Shown here piece by piece: positions 38,476 through 52,096 of a stretch of 64,000 nt of DNA. The position numbers were made by a program, and so were the translations under genes. The notes under the pieces are model-generated. The model had not been told where the DNA came from, did no database searches, and saw only the letters and a list, made by a program, of their open reading frames with translations. Position 1 is the stretch's first letter. Every line of letters starts with the position of its first letter. This DNA comes from Cyanophora paradoxa CCMP329 (Eukaryota > Plantae > Glaucophyta), in contig QPMI01000081.1 in the NCBI GenBank assembly GCA_004431415.1, positions 22,346-86,345 of the forward strand, in the 5' to 3' direction.

Positions 38476-38546
38476 GAATTTGAATTCGGAATTTTGTTTT
38501 GGTGAATTTCCGGCCACAGTCTCTAAACACCAGCACTGCGGGGGCT
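38476..38546. repeat. Dispersed ~70-bp repeat; inverted copy at 63157-63230
   Basis: TTTTGGTGAATTTCCGGCCACAGTCTCTAAACACCAGCACTGCGGGGGCT is the near reverse complement of AGCCCCCGCAGTGCTGGTGTCTAGAGACTGTGGCCGGTAATTCACCAAAA. Confidence 0.85.
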
Positions 38547-39402
38547 GCCCAGGGGGCATAAAGACAAAAAAGCAAAATAACTAAGATAAGAGCACGAAGA
38601 AAGATAAGACAAAGAGCCAAAATCGACAATGAAAAAGAAAAGACACAGGGCTCGAGACAGATCGAGAAGAGACGACAAATCGAGCAGATCGAGCGACAGA
38701 GAAATTCGGAATTTTGAATTCATAGAAAAACTGACACGTACACATGTTCACTCATGATCAGCTTCACTGCCCGGCCCGATTGGATCTGCAGAGTCGAGCT
38801 ACGGATTCAGAGGAAGACAACGTTGACTAAGAAAACTAATCATCCAATGACTAAAAATATCTGTGTATAGCTACATCTAAAAGACGATATGGAAATGACC
38901 TTCAAGGATCACAGAATACGGGGGTCGATGGGACTAGTAGTAGTCTAGTACTAATCATAAGAGTAGACTGTGATGACGCCAAAGAACCAGCCTAGTGACC
39001 GACCTATTAAGTAGTAAAGCAGCCGAAAGAAGCACCACTAGAACTAGACTAGTACTACAACTCACTAGGCCTTGAAGCAAGCTAGCCGACGCAGTGATCC
39101 AAAATGTGTTAGGCTGCTTCAATTGCAAGGTGTGCTAGGCTGCTAGGGCTGCCAGACTGCAGCTGTACATAATACACGCACTGTAGATCCACGAGTTCCT
39201 GCAATTATGCAGCTATAGCTATAGAATCAAACTTCCGCATGCCTGCGGACGTGAAACGACATATATCCCGGGTCCGATGTGGCAGCGAGGGAAGAATTGA
39301 AAGAATATACATAGATATCCCTGGCCTGGGCTCGAGCCCGTGCCCTCGAGCTCCGGGGCCTGCACCGCGGCCGCGGCGGCGGCGCTTGCGCCGGCGCCGG
39401 CC

Positions 39403-39642
39403 TCACATGAAGCCTCCGATGGCGCCGCCCCCGTTGGAGGCGCGGATGCGCGACAGGGTCAGGATGACCGCCGAAATGAGCGCCGAGGCAACTCTGCGAA
39501 CGAAGTGCAAAGTCAGAAGGGGTTGGGGGTTGGGGGTTGAGGGTTGGGGTCAGGTTTGAGGGTTGGAGGCGGGACCCGCGGGGGTTTCGGAGGGGAGAAG
39601 AGGTGGGGGGGAGGGGCGAGGGGTTGGGGACGAAGGGTGTGT

Positions 39643-39673
<31 letters not shown>

Positions 39674-41739
39674 GGGGGGGTGAGGGGAGGGGGTGCTGGG
39701 GAAGGTGTGGGGAGGGGGTAGGCGTTGGGTTACTGTGCTCACACTCGCAGCAGATTTCTGCGCGCATACACGCACGGACGTCAGCGAGGCCTACCCGTAC
39801 ACGCGTGACGCAGGAAACAAATCGGACGCACACGTCGGCCCTCATTCCAATCATCTGCCCGCGCACACGCAATATTTAGTTTCAGATGACGAAATTAAAC
39901 CGAACATTCAAAAACGCTGACCGTCTCTGGGTGGAGCCGGTGGTCCCGCTGCGAGAGGGAGGAGAAGCGCATGTATAAGCGGCAGGCAGCTTTTAGTGAT
40001 CTTCATCACAAGCGGCAGGCAAGCGGCGAGAGGGGGGCGCGCGCGCGTATATATGAGTGGCAGCTTTCAGTGGCAGCTATGCATATGGAAGCTCCTGTTT
40101 GCAAATCAAACGGACTCGCCTGGATGTGGCGCTCGCAGAGGGCGATGAAGCGGAGGCAGGGGCAGTGGAGGATGCTCTCGCGGCAGAGGGGGCACGCCTC
40201 GGCCGAGACGCGCGCCGCCGCCGCCCGCGACTCGTCCGCCGCCGACCTGAAGGGGCCGGGGGCCTCCGCGTCAAGGCGAGCTCAAGGGCGCTGTGGCAGA
40301 GCGCGCGGTGCGGTACGGTGCAGGCGGCGGCCGCGCCCTAGCCTCCAGCTTGCTGGGCTCCCTCTCAAGATCTAGACTAGATCAGCCCTCTACTAGGCTA
40401 TACTTAGATTGCAATTGCAATCTACAGGCTAGATCCAGGAGGCTAGATCGCGATCTAGGCCCTACTCCGTCTAGGCAGTTGTCGGGCGGGGCGGGGCGGA
40501 GCGGACCGGAAGCCGAGGGAGACGGCGGCGCCGGAGGCCTCGAACTTCATCGCTGCGAACATCGCCCGCGCGCTCGCCTGCGAGACGTCGTCAGGCTGGG
40601 CGGCCTAACCCGAAGGGAGCGGGCGGGCGGGGCGACCGCGGGGCTCGCCTGGGTGGCCTCCTCGAGGCGGAGGTTGAGGTGCGACAGGAAGAAGCGGTGC
40701 TGCGCCCCGTCCCGAGCCGCGCGCGTCAGACTCGGACGGTCCGGGCGAGTCGGGCTCTGCACCTGGAAGACGAGCTGGTTGCAGCGGGCGCCGAAGAACA
40801 TGCAGGCGATGAGGCAGGAGCCGAAGAAAAGCAGGTCGATGAGCGAGAGCACGTAGAACATCTGCGGTAGAGTCGGTCAGAGCGCCAGCTATAGAGTCGG
40901 CGCTGGCCGTGGTGCCTGTTGGCCCGCCCTGCTATTCCCAGCGGTCATCTAGAGCGCTGGCTAGAGAGGCCCGGCCGCCGGGCCGTCTAGATCACCAAGA
41001 ACATAGAACATTGAGGTCGGAAGCGCTGAGCGCCGAAGCGGGCGCGCCTGGGGGACGCCCGCTATAGAACTAAGAACACAGAACATAGAAGAACCTAGAA
41101 CAGAGCTCTAGGGCACCACCTAGAACATATATAGAACACATATAGCTAGCTCTAGCTCTAGGGCACCTAGAAAATTAAGAACATAGAACATAGCGCCGAA
41201 TTCGAAGCGGGCGGGCGGGCGGGCGCGCCTGGGGGACGGCGGTGTTGTCGACGGTGACGACGGAGGCGTACAGGACGACCCCGAGCAGCCCCACCAGGCA
41301 CACCGCCACCCTAGAGCAGGTAAGAGCGGGGATGAGGAGAGGGAGGGTGGGGGGGAGGGGGGTAGCACATGGAGAGGAAGACGGCGAGGCGGACGGAGAA
41401 GCGCCAGCCGAGGTGGCACACCACCTGCCGAAGCCGCGCCTGCACGCGCGATCAAATTAGGAGGACGAGCAGAGATCAAATTGGGGCGAGCTACGTACCC
41501 AGGCGAGGATGTTGCAGGGGCTGAGGAAGTCGAGCTGGAGGGAGGCGGCGCCGCCCCCGGCCCGCTCCGCCCGGCGCGCCTCCCCGGGCCGGCCCTCCCC
41601 GTACATCTGCGTACGTATACCCCTCAGGCCCGGGCGGGGGGGGAGAGGAAGGGAGGGGGGTACGCGCCTCCTCGAGGTCGTCGTCCCCAAACTGCTCGAG
41701 GCAGAAGATCTCGCCTGGGGAGGGGGGGGGCGGGGGGGG

Positions 41740-41838
<99 letters not shown>

Positions 41839-44800
41839 TCGGAGTAAGCGAGGGGGAAGGGGGGGGGGAGGAGGGGAGGAGGTACCGGCGGCGCGGAGCC
41901 AGCGGTGACGCCGGCGCGCTTGCATCACTGCCACCAGCGACAACGGCGCTGCGTGCGGGAGGGGGTACGTCATAAGAAACCGCCCAAAAGGAGGGAAGAC
42001 GCCTGCGGATGAAGGGGGTACCGATGAAGAAAAACATGATAAAGAAGCCGCCAATGATCATGCAGCTGCGCGGAATCACGTTAGCTATAGGGCCGATCGC
42101 GGCCGTGCAGGAGCGCATGATCAATTTGGGGGGGGGGGGGGAGGGGGAGGGGAGGGGAGGGGGGGGCCGCGTTCGGGCCGAGGCCTAAGCTAAGCCGGGC
42201 CGGGAGTCCAGACTCTATTTCTCAATCCAACTTTGAAAGCTTCAATTCGGGAAGTCCGACGCGGGCGCATGCACGCACCCCGAGATGAACTGGACGCGCC
42301 AGGACTGGTCCCAGAGGCGCCGCGCGTTGTCCTCCACCAGGATGTACGGCAGCGAGATCTGGACTGCGCGGCGGGGCGGGGCGGGGAGATCAGACGGGGC
42401 TCGGTCCGCCCGACGAAGTCTGTCAGAGCGCACAGCACGCGACGGTGAGGCGGATGACGGTGTCCAGCGAGCCCTGCGCACGGGTACACCAAATTAGATC
42501 GGACCGATCAAATCGGGTCGGATCGGACCGAATCGAACCGTGGGCATCTAGGGCTAATTCTAAGACAGAGCCTCGGAGGCGGCGAGCTAGCGCTTCGAGG
42601 CGTCTAGCAGAGGCGAGCTAGGGTTCTAGCCAGGCGAGTGGCGGGCGCCTAGCCTAGACGTTCCTAGGACTAGGATTCAGGACCTCTCGCCTTCGCCCAC
42701 CTGGACGAAGGCGTGGGTATCTAGGGCTAAGACGGAGGCGGACGAGCTGCAATTATCTGGTGGGATGGGAGCGGCTGCTACCATGGCCAGGGGTGGAAGC
42801 ACGAATTAGAGTGGATTGGATCGACGCCCAGCTCCAACTAAGCGCGCGGCGCGGGCGGGCGCCCTAGGCCTCGCCCACCTGGAGGAATGCGATCGTGGTG
42901 TCCTGCCAGCCCCGCCCGAGGCCCGCCGCCTTCCGGTACCGCTTCTGCTCCGTGTCCGACGACTCCATCAGCAGCTGCGAACGAAGTGAGCGGGCGAGCG
43001 GGCGGGCGGGCGGGCGGCGCGAGCTAGAACTGTTTTCGAGCTCGTTTACTATAGCAAGAGCTTGCTAGCTAGCTAGCACTTCAACGCTGCTATAAAGTGG
43101 GCGGGCAGGTGAGCGGGCGAGCGGGCTAGCTTTCGCTCTTTCTAAGTTATTCTGCGCGCGTGTAGTTATGTACGTTAGATATATATGCTGACCTGGAGGA
43201 GCCAGAGGTCGAGGGGGACGACGACGCTCTGGCCGGAGCACTGCGAGCGGCACATGCGCGGGACGGTCCGGACCTTCGGGGGCGCGGGGCCGTCTCAGCT
43301 CAGAGACGGGGGCGGGGGGCGGGGGCGGGGGCGGGGGGCCGGGGACGGGGGCGGCGCGGTTAGAGTTGATAAAGGACACCGAACGCGTGCCAGGCACGCG
43401 TGCCAGGGTAGCCTGACAGGGCAGAGCCTTAAGTCTACCGCCACACCTAAGCCACTATCTTAGGCTATCTCTCCATGCGCGGGACGGTGCGGACCTCCGA
43501 GCCCCGCTCGGGGCTCGCGAACAGCGCCAGCCGCAGCGCCCGCCGCACCTGCGCGCGCACAAAATCAAAATGTGATATACAAGTTCGAAGCCTAGTCCTG
43601 TGTGACATGATAGCACATGAGATCGAGATCAATCCTAGGCCTACACTGTGACATAAGATCGAGGCTAGCACATCAGGAGACGCGCCGCTCTTAGAGAGGC
43701 GAACACTTCTTTTGTATCTCGGGGCGCGATTTGATCGGGGCGGACCTCGCCGACGGAGTTGCGGAAGTAGAGGGGGGAGCTTAGACTTTGTCCTCTAAGA
43801 GAAGCTAGAAGCTAATATACTCTAAGAGAAGCTAATGTACCTCGCCGACGGGGTTGCGGAAGTAGAGGGGGAGCTTGGGGTCCACTCGGACGCGGGCGCA
43901 CGTCTCCTCGATCTGGCCCTTCGCCGTCGACGCCGCCAGCGGGAGCCACCTGCGGGCGACAGGACAGGGCCAGGGGTCAGACCGGCCTCGCAGGCGCTAG
44001 ATCTAGATTAGGCCGCCGGGGTTTAAGGAGAGCGTCATCATGAGACGAGCTCCGACGTCCGACGGCGCCAGGGGTTAGGACGTCCTTGCACACAAGTAAA
44101 AGCTAGGCCCTTGACGAGGGCGAGCGAGGGATGAGAGCGGCTTCGCAAGTGCTAGATAGGACCCGATGCTAGTCTCTATGTTTCTTAGAGGGCGTCCGAT
44201 CGCTTATTATTGTTTACCGGAAGCTTAAGGCGGACGGGCGCGGACCCGAAGAGGAGCTCCTCGGAGCGGCAGACTCTAATAAGAGGCTAGTGTCGACTCC
44301 TACATATATATCTAGCTTATCTTCGCTCAAGTCTAACTATATTCGTTCATAGTATATAGTATATGTTCTATATGTTTCTTAGAGGCGTCGTCGCTTATTG
44401 TTATTACTATATATGGGCGGACCCGAAGAGGAGCTCCTCGGAGCGGCAGAAGTCGGCCGAGAGGGCCCCCTTCATCGACTTGGCGTACAGGCTCTGCGGC
44501 CGGAACCCGTACTGCGGAGGGGGGGGGGAGAGGAGGGCCCGATACCGATCAGCGGCGAGGACTCGATCCGTTTGAAAGTGGAGGCCCTGAAGAGCGCAGA
44601 GGAAGAAGAAGAAGAAGCTAAGCGCCCGCGGCCGGTTGCCGGTCGCGTGTATATATGGCGCGGCTTTCGATCTGATCTCTAGATCCGGTCCGATCCGATC
44701 CGATCCGATCCGATCCGAGCGGACCTTGATGGCGACCATGACGCCGCGGATGGTCATCATGGCGAGGAAGAGGAAGAACTCCGCCGCCTTCGCCACCCGC

Positions 44801-46729
44801 TCGTTCTGCGCGCGGGGGCGGTGAGGAGGGGTGGGGGGTGGGGGGGTGGGGGGCGGGAGGGGAGGGGAGGGAGGGGAGGGGGAACGGGGGGAAGGAGTAT
44901 TGGGGCAGGTGCAGAGAAGGAGAAATGCATGAGGCCGGGGGTCGGATGGCGGGGGTCGGGGGAGGGAGAGGGGCCGATGGGGCTGGGGGGGAGAAGAAGG
45001 CGGGCGGGGGGGGGGTACGGCTACCGGCTGCAGGAGGAAGAGGTACCCGCAGACCGCGAGGAACGGCGTGGTGGAGGCCATCCAGATCGCCTGCGTTCGC
45101 ACCGGCCCCGTCCCGCGCGCTATAATTAGACCCGGCGCTCCAGGGGTACGTGAAATCTTGTAGAGGCGCACGGGGACCATCCAGTAGAGGCCCCAGAAGT
45201 GGCGCTGGCGGATGGCGGGTACGCCGTACAGCGCCACAAAGAGCGGCAGCGAGGCCGGGAAGAGCCTGCGGGAGGGGGAGGAATTCAGACGGGGTGGGGT
45301 GGGTGGGGGGGGGGGGGGGGGGGGGGGGGGGGGAGGGCGGGGAGCCGTAGTGGTCGCGGCGCGGCGCAGAGTAAACCACGCGGGTGGATTAGATTCGCGG
45401 CCCCAGGATTAGGATTAGATTAGATCAGGCCCAAACGTAAGAGGAGCGTGCACGTAAGTGGATAGGGGGCGGGGGGGGGAGGGAGAGGGAGGGGTGGGGA
45501 GTGGGAAGGGCGTGCGCGTCGGATGGATGGATGGAGGGGGCGGGCGGCGGGAGAGGTGGGGGGGGGGGGGGGCGGGGGGGGGGGGCGGGGGGGGGAGGGG
45601 AGGGGGCGCCTCAGCGCGGGGCGCACATGTGGACGGCGAACTCTCGGAAGAACTGGCTCCAGTGCACCTGGCCCCGGGCCCACGATCAGCACAGCGCTAG
45701 ACTTTATGATCACACAAGAACACAATCTCAGTAGTAGGAACAACAGAATCGAATTGTAAGAGAGAGCGGGCGCCGGGCCGGGCCGGGCCGGGCGGGGCCG
45801 GGCCGGGCCGGGCGGACCTTGATCAGGAGGTTGAGCTTGAACGAGCGCTCGAGCCGGCGCTCCTTGGCCGCCTCGTCCTCCAGCGCCTCATCCCCCCCCC
45901 TCTCCAGCAGCGACGACCCCTCGTGGTGGGAGGAGGCGTCGTGAGGGGCGTGCGCGGGCGCCGGCTCGACGTCGACGCCGCGGAGCTTCAGCTCGAAGCT
46001 GCCGCAGCGGGGCACGCAGGCCGGCCAGCCGAGCTTGGGGGGTACGTGCGCGTAGTGGCCCTCCAGGGGGCTGCAGCTGAGGGGTACGACGTTCACCGGC
46101 GCGGCGGATCCGGACGCGACGGAGCTGGCGGCCGTGTGCTCACTGGAGTCCGCCGACAGCCGCGGTCCGAGGTCCAGCAGGGGCTGGCTGGGCGGGCGGC
46201 TGAAGCTGGATCTGGAGGCTCGCCGCGCCGGCTGCGACTGCAGTCGCGGCGCGTGTTCGGGTCCGGAGCCGAGCGCTGCGGCCGCCGCCGCGGGGTCCGA
46301 CGGGCCCCAGGGCAAGGCATGGTCGGGCACGCGGCCGGGCACTCCCGAGACGCTCGGGCGGGGCTCGGACCCGGCCGCGGACCCCGTCTCCCACCTTTTG
46401 GACGGGGACAGAGGCAGCCGCGATCTCCCGGGGGGAAGAGGAGGGTGCTGCGCTGCAGCTGCAGCAGACGTGGGCAGCTGCTGCATGCGCGGCGCCGGCT
46501 GGCCATACGTATACGCTGCGGGTGCCGGCTCTATGTCTTCAAGCTGCAGCTGCGCGTGCAGGCCGCAGCTGGCGGGCCACACTTGGCCGTGGCCTGTCTC
46601 GACGCTGGGTCCGGCGGCCGAAGCTGCACCCGCGGGCGCTGCTGGCGGGCGGCCATCGGCAGCTCCCCGCTCAAAAGCAGCTGGGGCAGAGCCTTCCGAG
46701 GCTGATCCGCCTACAGCCGCCGCTGTCAT
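39403..46729 (-). CDS. Multi-pass membrane protein with PHTF-like C-terminal region
   Basis: Hydrophobic exons FPASLPLFVALYG, EFFLFLAMMTIRGVMVAIK|YGF, LQLDFLSPCNILAW|ARLRQVVCHLGWRF, MFYVLSLIDLLFFGSCLIACMFFGARCNQ|HRFFLSHLNL and RVASALISAVILTLSRI...GFM-TGA. PHTF resemblance is from memory; some internal exons are uncertain. Confidence 0.6.
41742..41836. repeat. (GA)n microsatellite, about 47 units, intronic
   Basis: Pure GA run flanked by G tracts. Confidence 0.97.
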
Positions 46730-47516
46730 CCTTCAAGCTGCGGCTGCACCGCGGCTGCAGCGATCCCGGAGAACGCGTGAGCACCGTACGCGTCTGCGCC
46801 ACACCAGCGGGCGGACCGTGCTCACGGGACCGAAGTGACCGAAAGGAAGTAGTTCAAACGGCTGGTGCGGTTGCAAGTCAGGCGTGTGAGAGGCAAGACC
46901 CGCTGAGCGCTGGGAGGCGCGCGGAGGAGCTGCTGCTGCTGATGGTGCTCGCAGCTGCAGCTGCTGAAGTTGCAACTTGCAACGTGCAAGTTGCAAGTTG
47001 CAACGTGCAAGTTGCAACTAGCCTAGTAGAGGCGAGTTGGAGCTGTCACCGTGTGACGTGCGCGGCAGATCTCGCGTCCGCAAAATCTATCATATACCCC
47101 TCAGGCCTTTTTTTCTGGAGGCGGCCCCGCCGCCGGGCCGTCGGTCACCGGGTACCGGGCCGGACCCGCACCGCGGCCGGGCCGTCCGGCCCGCGGATCG
47201 ACGCTCATGGTCAGATCTAGATCTAGATCTAGCACTGACTCACTGAGTCAGTGACAGTGAGCGCTCGCCTACCACCTACCACTAGCGCGCATGGGGGCGC
47301 CCGGCGGCCGCGGCCGGCTGGGCCGGCGCGGCCGCCGGGCGCCCGGCCGCGGCGAGGCCGCGGACCGTCACGTGCACGCGCCGGCGCGCGCGGGATCATG
47401 ATCGATATCATCAGATCGATATCAGTCATTGCCACGTGCATGCACAGTGCGCACACGCTGCGCCGCGTTTGCGCTTGCTTAGTTCAGAGTCGGAAAGTCG
47501 ATCAAGAGCGCTAGCT

Positions 47517-48007
47517 TGTTGAGCTAGAAATCCCCCATTCCGGTGCCCTAGGGGTGGCACGGGATTCTAGACAACAGGTTTATAGAGTGACTCTGACCTG
47601 CAGTGAGTGCAAGACCGGCCCCAGCGTGATGCAGGTTCAGCAGTATAACAGTACTCGTAGATTTGATCCGACAGAGTTTCACTACTCTAGTCTCTCTACT
47701 AGGCCGATCTCCGGGAATGGCAAAATCCCTCTCAACACGCACGCGCCGGGCTCTTGAAGCCCTCACGCTGTCGTCCGAAGCTCTCATGATCAGATCATAT
47801 GATCCGGTCAGACGGCTCAGACATATGAAAAGCGAGCCGCTGGATTCGAACCCGAGTCTCTAAGTACGCCGAAGCGAACTGCCGGAATTGAACCCGGGTC
47901 TCTACGAACGGCAAATTCTCTAAGGCTGCAGCCGCCTAAGATTTCGCCCGCGACATTCGTCGCAGCAGAGAAAAGCCGTCCTCGGCGCCTGCTACCCCGC
48001 CCGCGAC
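47517..48007 (-). repeat. 3' LTR (439-bp core 47517-47955; match to the right end extends to 48007)
   Basis: 47517-47955 is the reverse complement of 52097-52535 with one mismatch seen; 47712-48007 is directly repeated at 52551-52846. Confidence 0.9.
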
Positions 48008-49910
48008 GTTCGTCGCAGCAAAATGCGAGGCCTAGCATATGTAAACGTAAATCAGGTCCTGAAACCTCAGTACCACGAAGAGGTCAGGCAAGAAAATATA
48101 TATGGATACGAAATCCGACACTGAAGGCTGCAAAAGTAAAGCCCTCTGAGAACCTCGGAAATGCCTGCGTGCGAAATTCAGAAGACGTGTATATATAATG
48201 AAAAGTGACCGAGGCGTTCTAACGCCCTGACGGCCCTAGCAGCACGAAGGCTGCACTAAATCTAGCAGCGCGAAGGCTGCACTACCTAAATCAGAGAAAA
48301 TCAGAAACTGGCAGAATATAACTAAAGCTTCACATCTAGAGCTCAGAAAATATTTTCGAAGCTCATGTACAAGCTAAACTCAACGATATGAAATCGCGAT
48401 CACGATCAATATTCTAAAATAAGAATATCGATGTATCGATCGGAAATCGAACAGCTCAAGCTGCGTACTGCTGCTTGGCTTACTCGCCGCGCGCTGCGGC
48501 TGATATGTACACGATTTGTACAAATGCTTCGAGCTCCAGCTGCGGGTGCCATGAAGAACGCCGACAGCTGCATACATACGCGTTGCAAATGCGAGAAACG
48601 CAAGTATGTATAATGAGAGGTCGCTGCAAGGTGCGGCCATGCTTGAACCAGCATCGCCAGCACGACTCTCTCGACGAGGGGCAGTCTTGATTTGGGAATG
48701 ACAGCGCCCTCGTGGACTTGCCGTGGACGTTGGCCTTGCAGACGCCGCTGCTCCTTCAACGTCGGCGAAGTCTGGCCCCTCCGGCCTGCGTCTGAATCTG
48801 TAGACGGCGAGAAAACGAGGGAGCCCTGTACATCCAAACGCGGGCGCCGCCGCGACGAGTACATCCAAAATTTCCGCTCGTAATCTCCGAACCGCCTGAC
48901 AAGATCCTCCGCCGTTCGACCCGAGAATTAAATTGCGGCCGGACGCACAGCTAAGGTGACGGTTGCTGTGTGCCCGCCGGCGGTAGGTGCGATTGCACGT
49001 CGAGTCCGAAGACCCAGAAGGTCCGCCGGGGATGCTCTATCCTCCGCCGGGTCAGGAGCACGACCAGAGCCGGTGCCGTCCGTAGCCAACAGGAGATTGT
49101 GGCGTCCCACTCCCCCCCGAAGGCCAGGCGACTTCCACACCCTTCCGTCGTCCCCTCCTTGATTCCAAGCACGACAAAGGCCGGTTCCATCCGACCATGG
49201 GAGGTGCGCTTGCCTTGTCGTCCTCTTTCTTGTTGAAGTCAAGCCCGCTCCTCACGAGACGGACTGCATCTCGACGACGCCGCGTCGAGACACGCGTGAC
49301 TTGAGTGTAGTAACCCCACGGCGACGATAACGCTGAGCTCGCGTCCGTCTGATGCAGGGCCGATTCCGGTCTCGTCGGATGGGTGTCAACCGGTCCAGTG
49401 CTGTCCTGAGCGCCCTCCTGTCACGAGCAGGTCCGCGCCTCGAGCGAGACTTCGGGCATCCCACCCTCCACGGTTGTCCTCCCGCTCACGACTGTCCACA
49501 GCGCCCTCCTGGGTTCTTCCCATCCTGGCCAGGGCATGGGCAGGTCCGCGCCTCGGTCGTGAACGCCGGTTCACCGGATCGGAGCGACGCCTTCTCCAAA
49601 TTGTACAAATTCACGAATTCGAAGTCCGACCAGACCAAGCTCCTGGTCATGATCATAATCAAGTCACGGTCAATCCAGACCTTCAATGTCAGAAGAAAGG
49701 CCGTCGCTGTCGCAGGTGCGCGCAGTCCAGCACCGCGAAGCTGCCACCGCTCCACCCTCAACTTGAGAAGTGCAGCTGAAAATCACAAGTATACGCCACC
49801 ACGTCGCAGGGACCACACCCCTCTTCGCGACGATATAAATCCTCATTCCTCCTCCGCTGGTCTTTTAATTCGCTTCACAGGCGGAGACCGAACCGCCATG
49901 GCGTATACTT

Positions 49911-51092
49911 TCACTTCGCGCCCGCCAGACTGCCGGAGCTCCGATATTTCTCGAGCTCCTGCTGACAGGCTGAATATTGCACTTGCAGCTGGTTCAACTC
50001 CCGTTGAAGTCGCTTGCTACAGACGGCAGTGTTGTGCGAGCCGCTCTTGCATTCATCGCACCAACGAGGCTGTCCGCCGCCCTGACTTGAAATTAACTTC
50101 AGCTTCTTGCTGTCGGGCTCCTCGATCGCGACGTCGTCCTCCTCGAGGCGATGACGATCAGGGAAGGCGGAAAGTTGAGCAACAGGAGCTCTTGCCGCTG
50201 CAGTAGAAAATTGATTGTCGGTCCTTGCTTGCTGCAATCGACTCTCGAGCGCGTTGCGCGACCGAACTCGACTGAAGAATTCGCGACTCCACTCCGCCAG
50301 ATTATTTCTGGAGCCCTCCGGAATTTTACTCGTGAGCTTGATCATTGACGGTGAAGTGATCGAATCCGACGACATTATTTCCGCGATCAACATCTCGTCG
50401 GAGAACGAATCCTGAAGCTGCAGTAGACGACGAAGAATAACAACATTATTTATAAAAGCTTGCGCATCCAGCTCAGATGGATTTTCCAGCGCAGAGAAGC
50501 GACGTCCCGCCGTCTTGATAGTATTCTTCAGAAGCTCGAATTTGTTGCCAGGTACCAAGCCGAGCAGTTGCTCACGAATTTGGGCCCACGACGTCATGTC
50601 CAAGTCGCCGTTGCCCGACTTCGTAGTCATGGCTCCCAGCACAGCCGTAGAGAAGGATCCATGCACAGGGTCACTTAAGCTTGCCGAGCGTTGCAGCGAA
50701 GACAGTGCAAGCTCTGCCAACGTCTTGTCGGGGTCTGTGTATGTCGGAGGCCGGACACAAATTGTTAAACGTTCCAGCGACTCGACCCACGACAGTACAC
50801 CCGTATTAGTCAAAGGAGGAATTTTCTCCTTGAATTCTCGCAGCTCGTGGTGACGTGCTTGCATGTCCAGGTTGCCAGTTAACGCGTCCAGTGCGTTCTT
50901 CAACGTGTTCTCGACTGCAGCAGCGGCTACCGCTGCCGGGGCCGCAACAGGCGCCGGAGCTGGTACCGGTGGTGCAACTGGAGCCGGAGGCGGAGCTGGC
51001 GCAGGTGCAGGAGCAGGCACTTGCACTCCATGGCCAGCCGCCCCGTGGCCGCCGCGTTGGCCGCCGCCCCTGCCCCGTGTACTCGGAGCCAT
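49911..51092 (-). CDS. gag: Gag-like protein, 393 aa, intronless, with CCHC zinc knuckle
   Basis: CDECKSGSHNTAVC matches CX2CX4HX4C; capsid-like VLSWVESLE and SWAQIREQLL; lower GC than host genes; lies between LTR sequences. Confidence 0.85.
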   Translation of the reverse strand: MAPSTRGRGGGQRGGHGAAGHGVQVPAPAPAPAPPPAPVAPPVPAPAPVAAPAAVAAAAVENTLKNALDALTGNLDMQARHHELREFKEKIPPLTNTGVLSWVESLERLTICVRPPTYTDPDKTLAELALSSLQRSASLSDPVHGSFSTAVLGAMTTKSGNGDLDMTSWAQIREQLLGLVPGNKFELLKNTIKTAGRRFSALENPSELDAQAFINNVVILRRLLQLQDSFSDEMLIAEIMSSDSITSPSMIKLTSKIPEGSRNNLAEWSREFFSRVRSRNALESRLQQARTDNQFSTAAARAPVAQLSAFPDRHRLEEDDVAIEEPDSKKLKLISSQGGGQPRWCDECKSGSHNTAVCSKRLQRELNQLQVQYSACQQELEKYRSSGSLAGAK

Positions 51093-52096
51093 GGAGAACT
51101 TGAGCTAGACACGTCCGCCCGCCGCTCGATACCGCGCGCCGTGGTACTAGTGTAGGCCCGCGCGCCCCTCGACTCCGAATAGTTTATTCAGACGTCGACT
51201 CGTGTGCCCGTTCAGTCGCAGACGAGGCTTGAGAGTTGCGAGTTCACTTGCGACAGCACTAGCTCCACTAGTACAGAAGCTTAAGTGCGCTCGGCCTCGC
51301 AGCGAAGCGCCGGCTGCTCTTGCCGAGAGCCGCTCACGGTCGACCGCGCCGCGCGCAGCCTCCCCGCCGGTGCGCCGCCGCGCGCGCGCCGCGACACGCC
51401 CAGCGCGCCGCGACCCCGGCCCCGATAGCGCGCCCGCCGATGCGCCGCGCGCCCGCGACCGGCGCGCACGCGCTCGCAGGCTCGAGCTCCCGGCCGCAGG
51501 TCCGCCGGCGCGCAGCCGGGATGCCGGCGCGCGCCCTGGTTCCGGATCCGGCGCTCCGGATCCGGCCCGCGGCGCTCCGCGGATCCGGGTCTCGCGCGAG
51601 GTGCAGCGCCGCGCCGCGCCGACCGTCGGACGAGCCGCCGATCTACAGCCCGGTCTGCAGTGCAGACGCTGCGACGAGCGAGCGGCGATCAGCCCTGCGA
51701 CGCGCGCGAGGCGCCTAGATCTAGAGCCCCGGAGCTAGCCCGGCTAGCCGCGACGTCGACGTCGTCGCTAGTGGCGCCCGGCGGCCGGCATGCGCGCGCA
51801 CGCGCCGCGCGCGCTATAGCTAGCGACGCCGGGTCCGGAGCCCAGCGCTAGCCCCAGTCGCGACCCAGGACGGATTGCAAAGGGATGTATACGCATCTTT
51901 AAGCAACGCGTAGGCGCGATGGCGCTGGCGGCAGCGTCCGCTCACCCGCGATAGGTTGCGCCGAGCGGGAAGGGGTTGGACGAATGCGCGAAACGGTTCT
52001 GGTCAGCGCACGGCGACTTCTGAAGGCACAGCGACTATGCGCATGAAATGAACGCGAGGCGAAGCTCGCTCGGCTAGCTCGCAGAGCCAGCGTTCG

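Noticed and set aside
39971-39985. Nextera adapter contamination (MYKRQ peptide)
   Set aside because: ATGTATAAGCGGCAG differs from the mosaic end AGATGTGTATAAGAGACAG at several positions; likely coincidence.
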